DNA from: Lingula anatina
Taxonomy: Eukaryota; Animalia; Brachiopoda
NCBI GenBank assembly: GCA_051362555.1
Contig: CM120647.1
Span: 14,484,651-14,548,650 of the forward strand
Reading direction: 5' to 3'
DNA length: 64,000 nt
The first letter of the stretch is position 1; each line of letters starts with the position of its first letter. The translations under genes were made by a program, and so were the position numbers. The notes beneath the pieces were generated by a model that was given only the letters and a program-made list of their open reading frames with translations, did no database searches and was not told where the DNA came from. This document shows positions 1 through 14,315 of the stretch, in pieces.

Positions 1-771
1 TTTCACGGACCCCGAGGCAGGCGTGTATAGTTCCCACTGAATGGTGGGATTGGGGGCCGCATAGGGGAATTGCGGTTTTCCTGAACACACCATGGTGACA
101 TTCTCGCCCTCTCGGACCACCTTAGTCTCTACTGTCTGGTTGTAGGGAAAAGCTCCGGCCCCTTAACACAAAGAAAATAAGCAAGTTACACATTTTTTAA
201 AAGATGTTAATAATATTGATGATCATCCATAACAGACGTCCAAGTTTATAAGTATAAGATGAGTATAATACAGCAAAGTTTTAATTTTTTTCTGAACTTT
301 CAATACTTTTCATGTAATCATCCACTTTAATTTTTCATTCAACATATCCATTACATTTCCAAAATTATGATCTTTAAAACATTGGACAGTTGGGATGGGT
401 ATGGAAAATATCATTACAAATATCTGTGCTTTAAACTTTTCATATTTCACGAGTCAAACCATCAAAGGCCAGCAGTTTGTATACTTACTTGATCTTTGGA
501 AGAAGGCAATTGTGGACACTGCCACCATTCCGTCAGTATTTTTGGCCAGGCACTGGTAATACCCCTCGTCACCGAAACTTGGGCCGTTGATGCTGATGGT
601 GCCGCCGCTGTTTGGTTTGTAATTCCAGCCTCTAGTACCCACTGACAATAACTCACCGTTTTTCTTCCACTCATAACTGTGGAGTATTTGAAATAAATAT
701 TCATCATTTCAGATTCATAGTTTTGTATGGTTAATTTTACCTACATGCTGAAAACTAAATAAATTTAACTG

Positions 772-808
<37 letters not shown>

Positions 809-3166
809 CAATTCTGACTAGCAGTTATGAAAAAAATATACAATATCAAAATGGCAACTTCTTCAAAAATCTTCCATGTCAGCAAGCCATGCTAAATTGT
901 CATGTCATATTTCAATTTAGCCAAAAAATAAATGAGGCTTTTTTTAAATAATTTTTGCCAAAGGATGTAATATGATTACTAAAATTGGCTTGTCTGAGGA
1001 CAAGGTATCTCAGTAAGTTCAGTTGTTTAGAAGGTAAATGAGCAATAACCAATTCAACTGAAAAACAATCTCCTAATATTTTTCATGTATTTTCATTTTA
1101 AATTATTTTTGTTTTAAAAGAAAGTCAGTATTTGGTAGCAGCGAAAATGTATTTATTTGCTATGGTATACACTTACTAAGGCTCAGGGATTCCTTCGGCG
1201 CGACAAGGTAATTCCTGTGTAAAAGTGGCATCATCTATCTTAAAGTAGTATTGTCTATTTGGCTGAACTATAAATCTTGGAGGCAGCTTCATGTCTGAAA
1301 GAGATTAAATTTTTTTCAAAAATCAGTGAAAGAGGCAGAAATATTTGCCAGCCAAATTTTAACCTAGTAACATTTTATCAACTAGCTAGTAACATTTAAT
1401 CAACTTATAGTTAAAGGTTTCCATGCAAGTAAGCAAATCTCTCATCCCTTCCTCTCTGATGAGCTAAGGACTTTTTTCTGAAGGCTAAAAAAAATCCAAC
1501 AAATCTTTCACCATTCACAACACAATCAATGTCATGTATTTATACATTTTACTTTATAAAACATAAGTCAAAAATGTCAGGCAACAAAGTATATGCTGGT
1601 TCAGGGCCAGCATAATGAGCTTATTATAACATCAAACACTGCCTTTCTAGGCTCCACATGCCACACTTCATTCAGTAGCCTTTCCCATAAATACAGCATT
1701 AAAATCAAGCTATGTTCTATTGATTTCTGAAATTTTTGTTTCTTTTTTTTTTTTTACGTCATGAGAAAACAGAGGACTCACTGTTCCCGAACACCAAAAA
1801 TCCCTTTCTGAAATGCGATAATTATTATGCCATTCAACATTTACAACAGCAGTTTTAACTTAAAAGTTTAAAACATCAGGTCACATGCAATTTTTATTCA
1901 GTACCAACTTCTAGACTAGTACACTGAGAAAAAATTACTATAAATCTTAACTATTAGCCATGCTTTTGTGTAAAGAAGGTGCAATATTTTCAAGGAGGTG
2001 GAGTGTCTCTGCTTAATTTAAGGTCAAAGTTCAATGAAATTTTCAGTCAAAGTTAAGATCAATTTTCAGTCAAAAATAAGACCAATTTAAAACCATGTTT
2101 CCATTTGATGGCTTCTCTGAGGCCAGCCCTAGCTCTAGCCAGGAATCAGCAAGTTTTAATTCTAGTTTTTCACAAAGAAAAAACTCAGGGGGTTGCAATA
2201 ACACCAAACAGTTGTCTTGACAAAATAATGTATGCTGGCTATGTATACCTTAATTTCAGTTACATGCAAGGCTACCATGCACACATGTATATAGTGACAA
2301 AAAACACAACACAAGGTAACTGTAACTAATTGTGTAATTCTTTTTTTTTTAATTCTTAATATCTATTGTCAGTGTCTTATTTGGTAAAGGGGAAGATTTC
2401 ATATAGTCAACATAAATACATTTGCCTATTATTTATCATCTGAACAATCTTACAACTAACGATGACAACATCAATAATGACCCACATGGAGACAATTAAC
2501 GCATGTTTGGTAACAAAAAAAGATATTCTCTCATGCCAGAGTTGTTCTGATGACAACAATGTGGACTTACCCCCAACTGCTTCCTCATCTGCTACAGTCC
2601 CATTTTCTGTGATAGCATATCAATATAGAATCACAAACTTAACCCAATCCTTTATGAACTTTTGTTCAGCAGAAACATTTGAGTCAATTTCATATCTGTT
2701 GAAAAATACAATAAAATAAAACCGGCCACATGCACATTTTTTCCTTAGGAACCCAATGAGTTTTCACCAAAATAGCATTCTTATAGCTCATACTGTTTTA
2801 TCATTCAGTCACAACCAAAACAGTGACTCCTCATTGCTGTCACAACCAACACAATGGCTCCAAAATGCTGTCACAATCAACGCAATGGTTCCAGAATGCT
2901 GTCACAACCAACACATTGGCTCCAAAATGCTGTCACAACCAACACAATGGCTCGCCATTGTTGTCACAACTAACACAATGGCTCCCCAATGCTGTCTCAA
3001 CCAACACAATGGCACCCCATTGCTGTCACAATTGGCACACCTGATGCAATTGGTCTCTTTTGCTGTCACAACCTAACACAATGCAGAGTTCAGTATGTTT
3101 ACCTTGTGCTATCACTGTAGTGAAGAAAGCTGCTATCACCACAGCTGCTGCCTTCATCATGGTCAT
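1..3166 (-). CDS. L1CAM/neuroglian-like Ig-superfamily cell adhesion molecule, N-terminal part (continues beyond window start)
   Basis: Phase-compatible GT-AG exons at 3166-3103 (signal peptide MTMMKAAAVVIAAFFTTVIAQ), 1294-1177 (MKLPPRFIVQP...LPCRAEGIPEP), 676-489 (YEWKKNG...GTISI...DEGYYQCLAKN...AVS) and 161-1 (VVREGENVTMVC...PNPTIQW). These give Ig1 and the start of Ig2, with motifs typical of the L1/neuroglian/contactin group. Confidence 0.8.
2805..3083 (+). repeat. 31-bp minisatellite, about 7-8 copies
   Basis: Unit TGCTGTCACAACCAACACAATGGCTCCAAAA repeated in tandem. It explains the spurious ORFs 2756-3076 and 2823-3044. Confidence 0.9.
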
Positions 3167-4725
3167 TCTCTGTTCTAGCCTGTAAAATAAAATATTCAAT
3201 ATAATAAAATAAATATAAACAGTGTGTGAAATCACACCTACACACACACACACAGAAAAGAACTTAATTATCATTTGGCCAATTTGAAAATGAAATGGTA
3301 AAAAAAACTTGATTCAAGCAGAATGACTGCACTTACCATTTTCTTTGGCATGCATTACCCTTGACCACATTTAAGTTAAATGCATATTGCATTGTTGACA
3401 AAAAGTCAACTGTGAAACAGACATCAAAGAAAATACACATAAAACAGAAACTAGACCAATTATAAACAGTGAATTTAAACAATGAAACTTATACAATGAG
3501 ACTTATTTCTGACAAACAGATGATCCAATTGACTATAAAACCAAAAACACGAGTCAATCATGTTGACAATAAAATATTGTATCAAAAGAAGGACTTTACC
3601 CTAAAATTCTAGGATAAATTATCTTCTTCTATCTTCACCAACCACCTGGTTTCATGAGCACCCTAAAAATGTAATAAATTAAATTAAATAACTTAATTCC
3701 ATACAAAAATGCATGATGGCTAATCTTTCAACACAAAATACTATTAAGATAAACAGTAATAAATTGAAAATAATAAATACAATTCAATATAAAGGTACAC
3801 AATGGCAGATTTTGCCAGCCAAGCCCCTGTTAGTAATTTTAAAAATCCTTGGCAGAATCAGGAGAGAGGGGAGGGTTTAGAAAAACCCCTAACCACACCC
3901 TGCACTTGACACCACATAGAGGGTGTGGGAAGGGTGTAAGGTGTGGTGTGACACATTTTCTTCATTTACTTTTTAACAATTCTAAAATTAACTTAGTGCC
4001 TTTTTTTAGAGGGGTGGGGAGGAAGGGGCAAAGTTATCTTAAACATGTTTAAAATGGGAGTAATTTTAGTGCTTTTCATTGGGATCCATTTCACAGAGAG
4101 GCCTGTCCTTCGGTTAAGTCAATTGCAGAGTTGAGATGATTCCCACAGACTGATGGTGTTATGGTAATGCTTGGGAGGTGCCAGCAATTTTTTCATTTAG
4201 CCAAATTACGTGCTTTTTCATTACTTTTTTCTCTGAATTGTTTAAAATTTGACTAAAACAAGTCAACTTTATTTTGCTTAGTCCATTTAAGTCAGTTGTA
4301 GCATTTGGATAAATTGGCAAGTGTTACCCCAGGTAATGGGGTCACAGACTCAGTAACCTGTCAGCCACTCGAAGCCTCGGCCTCATCTGTATGCAAACTG
4401 TGCCTCGGCTACTATTAGTGAATGGAAATTGTATGTTAACCATCAATAATGGCTGGCAATATCAGTGAGGATCCCATTAGTAGCTCAGTAAGCAAACATG
4501 GGATACCATGAGGCGCATCTCAAATCCAGGGACCAATTTTCACAACATAACTGGAGAACTACAGTTGGTCTTGAACAAAAATGCTCATCAGCTTGGTTTC
4601 TAGATCATATAATAATCTTAATGAACACAAATTGGATTTTTTATTATCCTGGTTGAAGGCCCTCATCAAACTGCTGTTAGTTGATGTTGTCACTCACTGA
4701 CTGCTAAGTGGTATAGCAGCCAACA

Positions 4726-4951
4726 ACCAGGGCTCCGTATCTTGAAAGGTTTGCTATGTTACGCACGTGCGCAAGTGTCTTAATTCCATAACCGATTCTT
4801 TCGAGATACAGGGCCATGGAATCGAGACGCTTGGGCACGTACACAAGTGTCTCGATTCCATAACCGATTATTTCAAGATACGGGGCTATGGAATTGAGAC
4901 GCTTGCGCACGTGCGCAACATAGCGAACTTTTTGAGATACGGAGCCCTGGT
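4726..4951. mobile_element. Palindromic MITE-like element with internal 72-bp tandem duplication
   Basis: Termini ACCAGGGCTCCGTATCT...AGATACGGAGCCCTGGT, with inverted complementarity extending ~65 bp. The interior is two ~72-bp units (CAAGTGTCT...GAGACGCTTG). Confidence 0.75.
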
Positions 4952-6931
4952 ATCATAAATATCAAGTAGATTGCCCCTCCTCCCCCACCCAATATCCCTG
5001 TTCATGGTTGGTGATGGCAGTAGCTGTCAATGAGTAAGAACATATACTTGCATAAGCTACCAATGGTGAGAAAATTTTAGCTTGTGTTCAATAACCTTTA
5101 TAACAGTTGGTCTTGTCTTAAATACTGGTGTATTTTAACCCAAAATAATTCCTGACTAATCTATTAAAATATGGTAACAATTGGTCCAAAAGATGAGGCA
5201 CATTGCTCTTTGTATAAAACCATCACAATTCATTTATCTCAAACTGATTCAATTTGGGCCCATGATGACAAGGACAATAACAAATCATAGAATATAAAAT
5301 TTGCACATCAATGTATTTGAAAGTTTACAAAATTTGCACATCAATATCATCCTGAGTAAAATGTATCAAAAGCAGCAAATTGTCTTCTCAAAAACTCCTT
5401 TTAAACCAAAGACTCCTTTCCTCCTTTCAAAATTCTGGTTACCAATAGAGGCCAGTAGATTTTAAGCTTGAATGCAGCCAATACCTCTTGACGGAATCAC
5501 ACTTATCTTACAGACCACTGTAATCTAGGTCCCTCTCCAAACACAGTGTACAAATGAAAAACTGAAGAAATCAATAAATTATTCCACATTAGAGCTCAGT
5601 TTTGAATCACTTGGGAGCAACTTCTCAAGTAGCCCTTGGCAGTTGTTTCATAAAAGAACATTCAGAAGATAATGATGAAAATATTTCCTGGACTTAGAAA
5701 GAATGGTGCTTCATCACCACCATCACCACCACCACCCTTAAACCCATGTTCCCTCAATAAACATCCATTGTGACTTGGCCATTCTTTCTGGGGATGGACA
5801 GTATTGAGAATGACTTTAAGGAGGCAAAGCAAAGCAAGACACCAAATTTTTTCTGGCCTTTTGTCTTGTCAAAACTTTAATGAAAAACCAATCAATAGGC
5901 AAAAGACAACTGCATTACCTCATGCTATGAACCTCAATGGGAAACAAATAGAAGGGCATCTTTACCAACATTATTGGACAAATACACATATAAATCATAA
6001 TTTCTACATTAATTGTTCATGCTCCGCAGACCATGCTTATTAAGTCACCAACCGTGTGAATCACTGTAAAGTAGCCATGGCAACAGGTTTAAAATGACCA
6101 CGCTAATGTCTGTATGACAGCTTTATGTACTAGTACAGCCATCTCTGCATATGGCAAACTCTATGCAGTACGACCCCGAAAATGGCAAAATTCTCATCAC
6201 ATCAAATGCCATTCTTGTCATTATTCTCACATTTACATTTGCTCATCCTCTGTATAAAAATAAAAAAAGGCCATACAGAATTACTCAAAGCACAGGTTAT
6301 GTGGTTCATGTTACATATTGCATGCAAGAAAGCATCAAGCTTAAAGTCACCCAACTTCATGGTCCCTCGTATATATCAAAACGGCTCGTCAGCAGCATTA
6401 AGCTGTTTACTGTCTGGCTGTTATTGCTTTCCACATGCTTTCTTTGCACACATACATGCACACACATAAACAAACACTGAAGGAGAGAGGTTCAATCTTA
6501 TCTATGACTTCAGCGGTTTTAATGGAGCAAATGTAGGCTACACCCTTATCAGAAGTCTTAACGAATAACTGATTTTCTAACTAGAAGAAATCCCCAATCA
6601 TGCCTGAACCAAATTCTAATCATTTATAAGCCCTTCATGCATATGATCAAGCCTAACGCTAATGTTTGAATTGTCAACCAAGGTCTGATCTATCTCGTCT
6701 CTGTCACCATTAAAACAAAAACAACTCATAAATAACTTTGCCTATTGCATACACTTCAAAGAGGCTATGTTTGGGTTCAAAAGAAATTTGGTGGCACAGC
6801 AACAAAGAGCAAGAGCCGTGGAATGCCAGCAGCACTTCAGATGTGCATTTTTTCCCCACAGGTAATACATTTGAGACATTATGGTAATTGGTCACAAAAT
6901 TGAAACACCTCAATATTTCACTTTGAATTCT

Positions 6932-7383
6932 CAATTTTTCATTTTAGTTATTCACATAAAAAATGTTTAATCCAAGCTGGAACCAACTGGCTTTGTAGCA
7001 CCTTTAAATCAGCCTTGTCAAGTATAACCAACAAAATAGTATTTTGTAAAATACTCTGTATTAATTTTATTCAAATATCTTAAGTTTAATAACTGCACTT
7101 GCTGACACTGCTTGGACGTCTTACAGATTGGTTCTCAAACATGAAAACTTGGACAATATGCCCCCTCTCTTCATTGGGCGACAATCTGCGTGGACTGTAC
7201 CACTTGTGTATGCCATTTAGGACTGGTCAGCATTTGAATTTCATAATATTTTATTTCATTCTGTATTTCTTCTTGGCAAAATACTATTTTGTTGGTTATA
7301 CTTTGATTTGAAGGTGTCACAAAGCCAGCTGGGTAAAGCTTCCACTAAAAACTTTTTGTATGAATAACTAAAATGAAAAATTG
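6932..7383. mobile_element. MITE-like element with ~80-bp imperfect terminal inverted repeats
   Basis: CAATTTTTCATTTTAGTTATTCA...CTGGCTTTGTAGCACCTTTAAATCA is the reverse complement of TGATTTGAAGGTGTCACAAAGCCAG...TGAATAACTAAAATGAAAAATTG. Confidence 0.65.
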
Positions 7384-8339
7384 GGGTGGCATAGCTTCGT
7401 GAAAGTGATCCATGCAAACTTGGCACCCATACAAGTAACAGTTAAGTGTAATCAGATTAAAGGTGAAAAAGTATCTTGCCAAGTCTATTAAAAAACAATA
7501 CACGGTTACACACATACTTTGCATTGTGTCATATCAAATTATACAACAATTTTTCAAAAGTATTTCGTCAATTCCTCCCAAAAAATTACAAGGTAACAGG
7601 ACTACTTTATTATGCATATCACGTCTAGCATAGACGCCCTACAAGGCCCAATCCACCCACTCAATTCTTTCAAACAGTTCAACTGTAATTTTATGTAAAG
7701 TTGCAGGTGTATACAGACAACACGCCTCGACCTAGTTAACTCAAGTAGTAACTGAACCTTGGGAGGTCAATTTTACTGTGTCAACCTATCATGAATTTTG
7801 TGAATGTAAGTCTCATTCCTTTATCAGTGCACTTAGCTTGCACAAACTGAAAAGTGCACTTTGACTTTGAAATGATTACTAGTACAGAATGGATGTTCAC
7901 TGGAAGACAATTATTTTTTTAAAAATTAAACGCGTCACATAAATTATCCACAAGCTGACACTATCCTTAAAGACCACATTTATAATAAATCTCGTCTTTT
8001 TTTCTTTTCTCCCTATTAATGATTTTTAAATAAATCTTTTCAAAACTCTGCTCCCCTGCATACTCCCACAAATCATCAGCTATGTAACCTGCTTTTTGGG
8101 ACAACATTCAAACGACGCGAGAAGACACCCACGAAGGCACGCTGACCTCTGACTCCCTGGGACTACAGTCAGTTTTCACTATCTCAATCTTATATTGATT
8201 TTGTGTGATTACATTCTGTCAAACTGAGGCCATTTGTTTCTATACTCGCGCTTTAAGAGGCTATGGTAAGATGTTTCCACAGAGAGGACATTCCATGCCC
8301 CCCCTCCCCCCCATTTGAATTGACTAGTATACAATTTTT

Positions 8340-8540
8340 CCAAATATTTCTCTATCTTTGCTTTGGTGCAAATTTCTCTGAAGATTTCTATATTGCATTT
8401 ACAACAGATTTCTCCTAATGTTTTTCTATCTTTGCATTTACAACATATTTCTCTGAATATTTCTTTATGGTATCTTTGCATTTACAACATATTTCTCTAA
8501 ACATTTCTCTGCCTTTGCACTGACAACATATTTCTCTTAG
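8340..8540 (+). repeat. Degenerate ~33-39-bp tandem repeat
   Basis: Recurring TTTCTCT..TCTTTGCATTTACAACATATTTCTC units, about 5-6 copies. Confidence 0.75.
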
Positions 8541-9258
8541 TATCCCAGCTAGGGTCAGGTGAGATTGTCCATTGAAATGCATGGCTCTGTGGGACCGATT
8601 TCTTTTTATCTTTGGAAAAAATGTCAATTCTTAAATGACCCAGATATAAAAATAAATTACTAGTATCTTTCCAGACAAGTTTGGATGTACCTGAGTGCCT
8701 TCCATTTCAAATGAATTGCTACCAGCATCCCAAGTCACATGGCGGGCGCATGTTGGCCCTTTAATTATGTCTCGACTAAGGTAACATTATCTACAGATGC
8801 ACATGGCATCATATGATAGGTACAAACTTTTGGAATATTTTTCACCTTTATTTTTCAAAAGGGAAGCATGTTTTGCACACATGTAGTATCTGTAGTCTTA
8901 TATGACTGTTACGACTGGGGTAGACCTAGCAATTTTTTTCTTGCTCAGCCAAATCGCTCCTTTTCATTCCTTTTTTCTTTAATAAAGATTCTTTAATAAA
9001 GACAATCATCAAGTAAAATGCTTATTTTCTATAATAAGGGTCTTGTTGTGGTATTTTCATAGTCTCCAAAATGATATGAAAAGGTATTTGAAATTTTATA
9101 TCTGTGAGGGAGACTTAAAACTATTTACCTGGAGACCAAACACTTTTAAGTCTAGTAATACAACATGACAGTTCTTTAACATGAGGCAAGCAAACTTCTC
9201 AGACTAGGAACTGTTGGAGGCTACAATGGAACAGATCAAGGCTGCATTCACATGAAAA

Positions 9259-9469
9259 ATCTATTTTCTAAAAATCTATTTGCTGTATCTTGTGATCACT
9301 GTCGGTGCCCTGAATACCCCGCGGCGTAATTACTGGCAGCGCTGAGAATTAATTACAGCTTTGGAAGTAACTGGCTCGCACTGCCCGCAATTATGCCATG
9401 GGGTATTCAGGGCACAGACCGTGATCACAACATACCGCAAATAGATTTTCAGATTTTTAGAAAATAGAT
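9259..9469. mobile_element. Fold-back hairpin MITE
   Basis: Almost the whole 210 bp is an imperfect inverted repeat: ATCTATTTTCTAAAAATCT...GTGCCCTGAATACCCC versus GGGGTATTCAGGGCAC...AGATTTTTAGAAAATAGAT. Confidence 0.7.
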
Positions 9470-11143
9470 CTGACCCCAAGACTTCTCATGAGACAGTGGG
9501 GACCACCCTGTGAAAATCTCAAAGATACTTTCTTCAACTTGACACACATGAACATTGATTATTTAGACTCATTTTGAAGACTCTTCAGCTATTATGATCA
9601 ACCACATTGAGACTACTAAGGGGAATCTAATTCATTTCGGACTCTCCTCAATAGGCATAAATGAAACTCCTTTGGTTAAGGTACCACTTTGCACTAAACC
9701 ACTGATAAGCACCAGTAAAAACTGTGTCCAGTTTCCATAGATTCCTTATTTATGACGCCCACTGGCATAACACAAAAGATGCAGGTAAAGTAATGGACGA
9801 TTGATGGATGAGTCATCCGCGTCGTCCGCCATATTTGGTAGGCCAATAAACAGCTGGTGATAAAACACCTGAGTTAGAAACGAATGGATGTATTGTCTAT
9901 AGATCTATCTATTGAGAGAGAGAGAGAGAGAGAGAGATGGAAGAGTTTGAAATAATTTGACTTTAGCAGAGCAATACAGAAAAATAAAGTATGGTAAATG
10001 AGCCTCCAGGTGTACTCCCCATGTGTATTAACTAGTGATAGTTAAGAAGTGTTCTTTATCCATATTCTGGATCAGACAGCTGGATGGCTTACTATTTTGT
10101 TTTTAATGACGGCTTGGACTCCCTGAAATTCTGTATAGGTGATCACTTTGGATAGCCTGTACCCTGAATCCTGTGAAAAGCCTCATCCTGGATAATCCAC
10201 TGACTTACAAAAATAAGCAAACCAGTTATTTTACACCTGAGATTTTAATCTGACACTTAACGCAATGTCACCTCGGAGCACTACAGTAAATGTCTCAGTT
10301 TAACACAGGACTTGAAAGTGTGTCACTTTTATGTTCAGTAGCCCCATCATGCCTCTTGTTATTAAGTGATATATGTTTGTAACATTGCTTCTACACATCA
10401 CACATTCCAGCCAATTTTGATTTTTTTTCAAAGAATTAACCCATGTTTTTCAAAAGTTTCTGCAGAAATCTATTGCTTACTATGATTAGAAACAACCATT
10501 TGCCTTCTAAATCAATGCACCTATTCCAAAGGGACGTAACAGCAAATCAAGACTGAGTAATTCAAAAATATTTGCTCCAGAGAAAAGCATCAATCAATAA
10601 TTTCGTAACAATCTTTGAATAACATCCAACACCAACCTGGTATATCACCTTGTCACATATACAGAAAAAAAATACACAAAATCATGTGCGCCCTTACCTT
10701 ATCAGGCAGCCAAGATAAGCCAAGTAAGGGTCCTCAAAGTAAAGGCCTGAGTCACAAACGAAACAGAGATTAAAATTCCTGTTGCTCGTAATGCTTGTAA
10801 TGTAAATGTAAATGTAGAGTTCTGAAACACCAGTGTCCTTACACTGCAAACACATGTGTTAAATGTCCTATTACTGATTCAGAAATGGTTTAAAATACTA
10901 TCTTTCTGCACTATAATGATGAGCAATATTCCAGTGCTAGGTTTAATACTGCAGTAAAAATGAAACAAACAAGTCATCAAAATTACTTTCACTGAAAGAT
11001 CTGAAATAAAAACTGCCAAGTCAATCCTTATATATATACTAAGACTCTATTCTATCACTGAAGCAGCATATAGCAGCACCTTCCTCAATAGCACAGATGA
11101 GCAATGTCAGAATGACTTGGAGAAAGCAACAAAAACCACGTTT

Positions 11144-11441
11144 CAAATCCTTCCTGTTGGGAAATCACCCAGTGTGAATTATGTCACACACCAACTTTCA
11201 CCAAAAACTTTCAAGCCTACTGGTCCCAAGTGGAAACAGATTCCATTTCATCCTGACAGGAGAGCTTTCACTGAGTGAGACCATGGCTTATGTCACATAT
11301 ACAAGAGTTTTAATCAAAACCAAATCCTTCCTGTTGGGAAATTATCCGATGTGAAAGTGAAAATCATGTCACACTCCAACTTACACCAAAAAATTTCCAG
11401 CCTATTTGATCCAAAGCTGAACAGATTCCATTTCATCCTGA
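11144..11441 (+). repeat. Local direct duplication of ~115-120 bp
   Basis: CAAATCCTTCCTGTTGGGAAAT...AACAGATTCCATTTCATCCTGA occurs at ~11144 and again at ~11321. Confidence 0.75.
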
Positions 11442-14315
11442 AGATATGAAAACTGCCTTCTCGTCTTTCAGTGCTGACAGGTGACATATGTATGATAGTC
11501 TGGAAGGTGTCTGCTTTCATAATATGGCGTTGAAATTGCTCAGACTTCACTGAGGGCCAAAATGCATTCAGCATGCATTAGGTTTATAACAGTTAATTGA
11601 AACATATTATTGTTTTTTATTGTTTTTTATGAGTTTTGGTAGTAATTATGTCATGACTGAAATACAGCATGCACTAGAAAGTACAGTAGTTTTATTCAAC
11701 TGGGATGCATCATACAAGCTGGGCAGGTCAAATTACTTTATGAGAATTTCTAAGGATACGTGTCCATGGTTGTTTGGCAAACCAAGTTGTCATTTAAAAA
11801 AAAATTGTAAGCCTTCCAGCCATCCTTGAAAGTATATGTCAAATGATGACGCCGGTGGCCATCCACATGACAGCTGGACAGTTCACCTGCTATAGGGAAA
11901 AGACTTGGTGTCCATAAAAGTATATATTGCCTTCTCGACAAGTCAAACCTAAAATGATTTTAGTTTGTATTGAAGTGAATGAACACTTCTTCTGAAGCAC
12001 TGGAACCAGGATGGATCAATGAATGGCCCTGATATCCCACAGTGCTCAGGATCTTTTCAAATATAGATGACTCCTGCACCATACTTTGTCTTATGTGAAA
12101 ACACTCATTATAAATCATGAAGAGCACATATCAGAAAGTACAGTACTTACTCGATCTTTTCAATGGGTCAAAATTATCTAATTTTCTAATACCTACTGTA
12201 CATATATGTAATCACAAAGTTCATATTTCTATGTAGCATATGTGGCGCATTTTAATTTGTCTTTTTAATTTTGTTGCTACCACTCAATAGAAGTGTTCTA
12301 CTTTTAAGAAATCATGACTTTAAAAATACAGTATCTGTAAAATTCACAATTTTCCACCATTCATATGTGGGTGTTTTCTCTGAGTATGCATGTCAAATAG
12401 TACACTGCCACATCAAAGTCACAATTAATATGCATGCCTTGAAAACATCTCACGAACATAAGAGGTGTTCTCCCATATAATAATAATAATATATAGCTCC
12501 AGTGACAGTGTTTTACCACACAGTATTCCTAACGAACAATGCAGCACAAAGCTGCATATTCATACAAGTGCTCAATAGCAGATCAATAGCCCACTGAACC
12601 TGGTCTGAATGACAACTGACCATCCATATATCCCTTAAATGACCACTTCAATGTACAGACCCTGGCATTCACTATAGGACAGAGGTCATTAAGGAAAGTG
12701 GTCAATGAAGTATATTTTGAACCTGTCCTCCCAGATAATTCCGCTATATATTGACCAACAATAAAATGTGCCCAATCACTCACTGGACAATGGTCTTTAA
12801 TATTCTACACTGGACTAGGGTCAGTTAATGGCCACTTGATATTCTTGAAGATGGACATACTGGCCTCTGCCTTAATGTCTACTTGTAAATATTGCAAACA
12901 CCATTCAACATGTCACACAAAAATGTCCTCTCCTTAGGAAGAATTTGCTACAGCTGTGAAGGAATTGTGAAGTGCGAAAAAAATTGCAAATATATGTATT
13001 TGCTCGTTTTAGAATTCATCTTTCTACCCTCTGAAGTAAAAGCAAAAGAATCTTCTTTCACTGATAACCTTATCAAATTGACTGAACATGAAATTCTACT
13101 TACACAATGAATTAATTATCACTTTCTGTGTGCTAGCTGTCCTCAATGTTGGATCCTCCAAGTAGCTGGTTGTATCGTGCTGTTAAAAAATTTGTGATAA
13201 TAACAATAATTCCCCCACTGTGAGGTAAAGCTTAGGTGTCCACTTTTCTCTTCTGTTACCTCAGACCTTGGCTCTTGTCACAGGTCCCATTTAAAAAAAT
13301 CTCCCCAATCAATCCTGAGCGTAGAATTTCTCCTCACCTGTCTGTATAAATATACCCTTTCAAACTTCATCAAAATATCCACAAAACTGGCACATAAATT
13401 TAAAAACATCCACTGTAATCTGTACTTAACTATACTTGCACCACCTGGCCTGTAACTTTCAAAATCAAACCGACACTCGGGTTAAAATTTAATCACAGCC
13501 TCCCCTCCACAGCACATAACTGTTAAATGTGTCACAGCTAGGATTTAGCACAGTGACAACTGATAAGCGTCAGTGACCCACTTCCGTTTGGGTGCTGAGG
13601 GTGCATTAGTCACCCCATTGAATGCTGTCACCACAGGTAGGAAGTGGGGGAGCCATTGGTACAGCTGCTAGGGTGAGATATTGCACCAACTGCCAGTACT
13701 TGAAGTTTGACTGGACTGGAATCTGAGGCTACTTTTAAAAGTGAAAAGTGATATATATTTATGTACTGACTGTCATTTCTTGAAGTTTGATAGTTGTCAT
13801 AGTGTGAAATTTGTCAGTCACCTGAAATGCATGACACAGGCAGTGACTGTCATTACTTTCAGTTTAACAGTGTTGTTACCAGTATAACATGAGAAAAATC
13901 CCTTCATCAAGCCAGCTGCTGGGATAATATTAGAAGTGTCAATACTTCACCTATGTTGTCACAAATAAGAAAGTATGCAGGTTACTGGAAAGAAAGATCC
14001 TCCACCACTGCCACTACTTAAATTGTCCATTGTCTCTATATAGAAGCTTGCAAGGCAACTGAACTGAGTTATGAGCAAAAACTGCCATAACAACATGAAA
14101 TTGTCATGTATCTTAGTATATATTGCAGTACATTCATGAATGCCACAGTATCATATGCATTTGGGACATTATTATTATTATTATTATTATTATTATCCTA
14201 CTAAATTGCACATGATAACAGCTAATTTTATTGATTGACATTAAAAACATTTCCCCTGTGACTATATATAGAAGCTAATTATAAGAATTCAGACTTTTTA
14301 ATAACAACCTATATA

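Noticed and set aside
2756-3076. Cys/His-rich repeat proteins (CCHNQHNG) or a CRISPR-like array
   Set aside because: These are translations of a 31-bp head-to-tail minisatellite. There are no unique spacers or cas genes, and the context is a eukaryotic intron.
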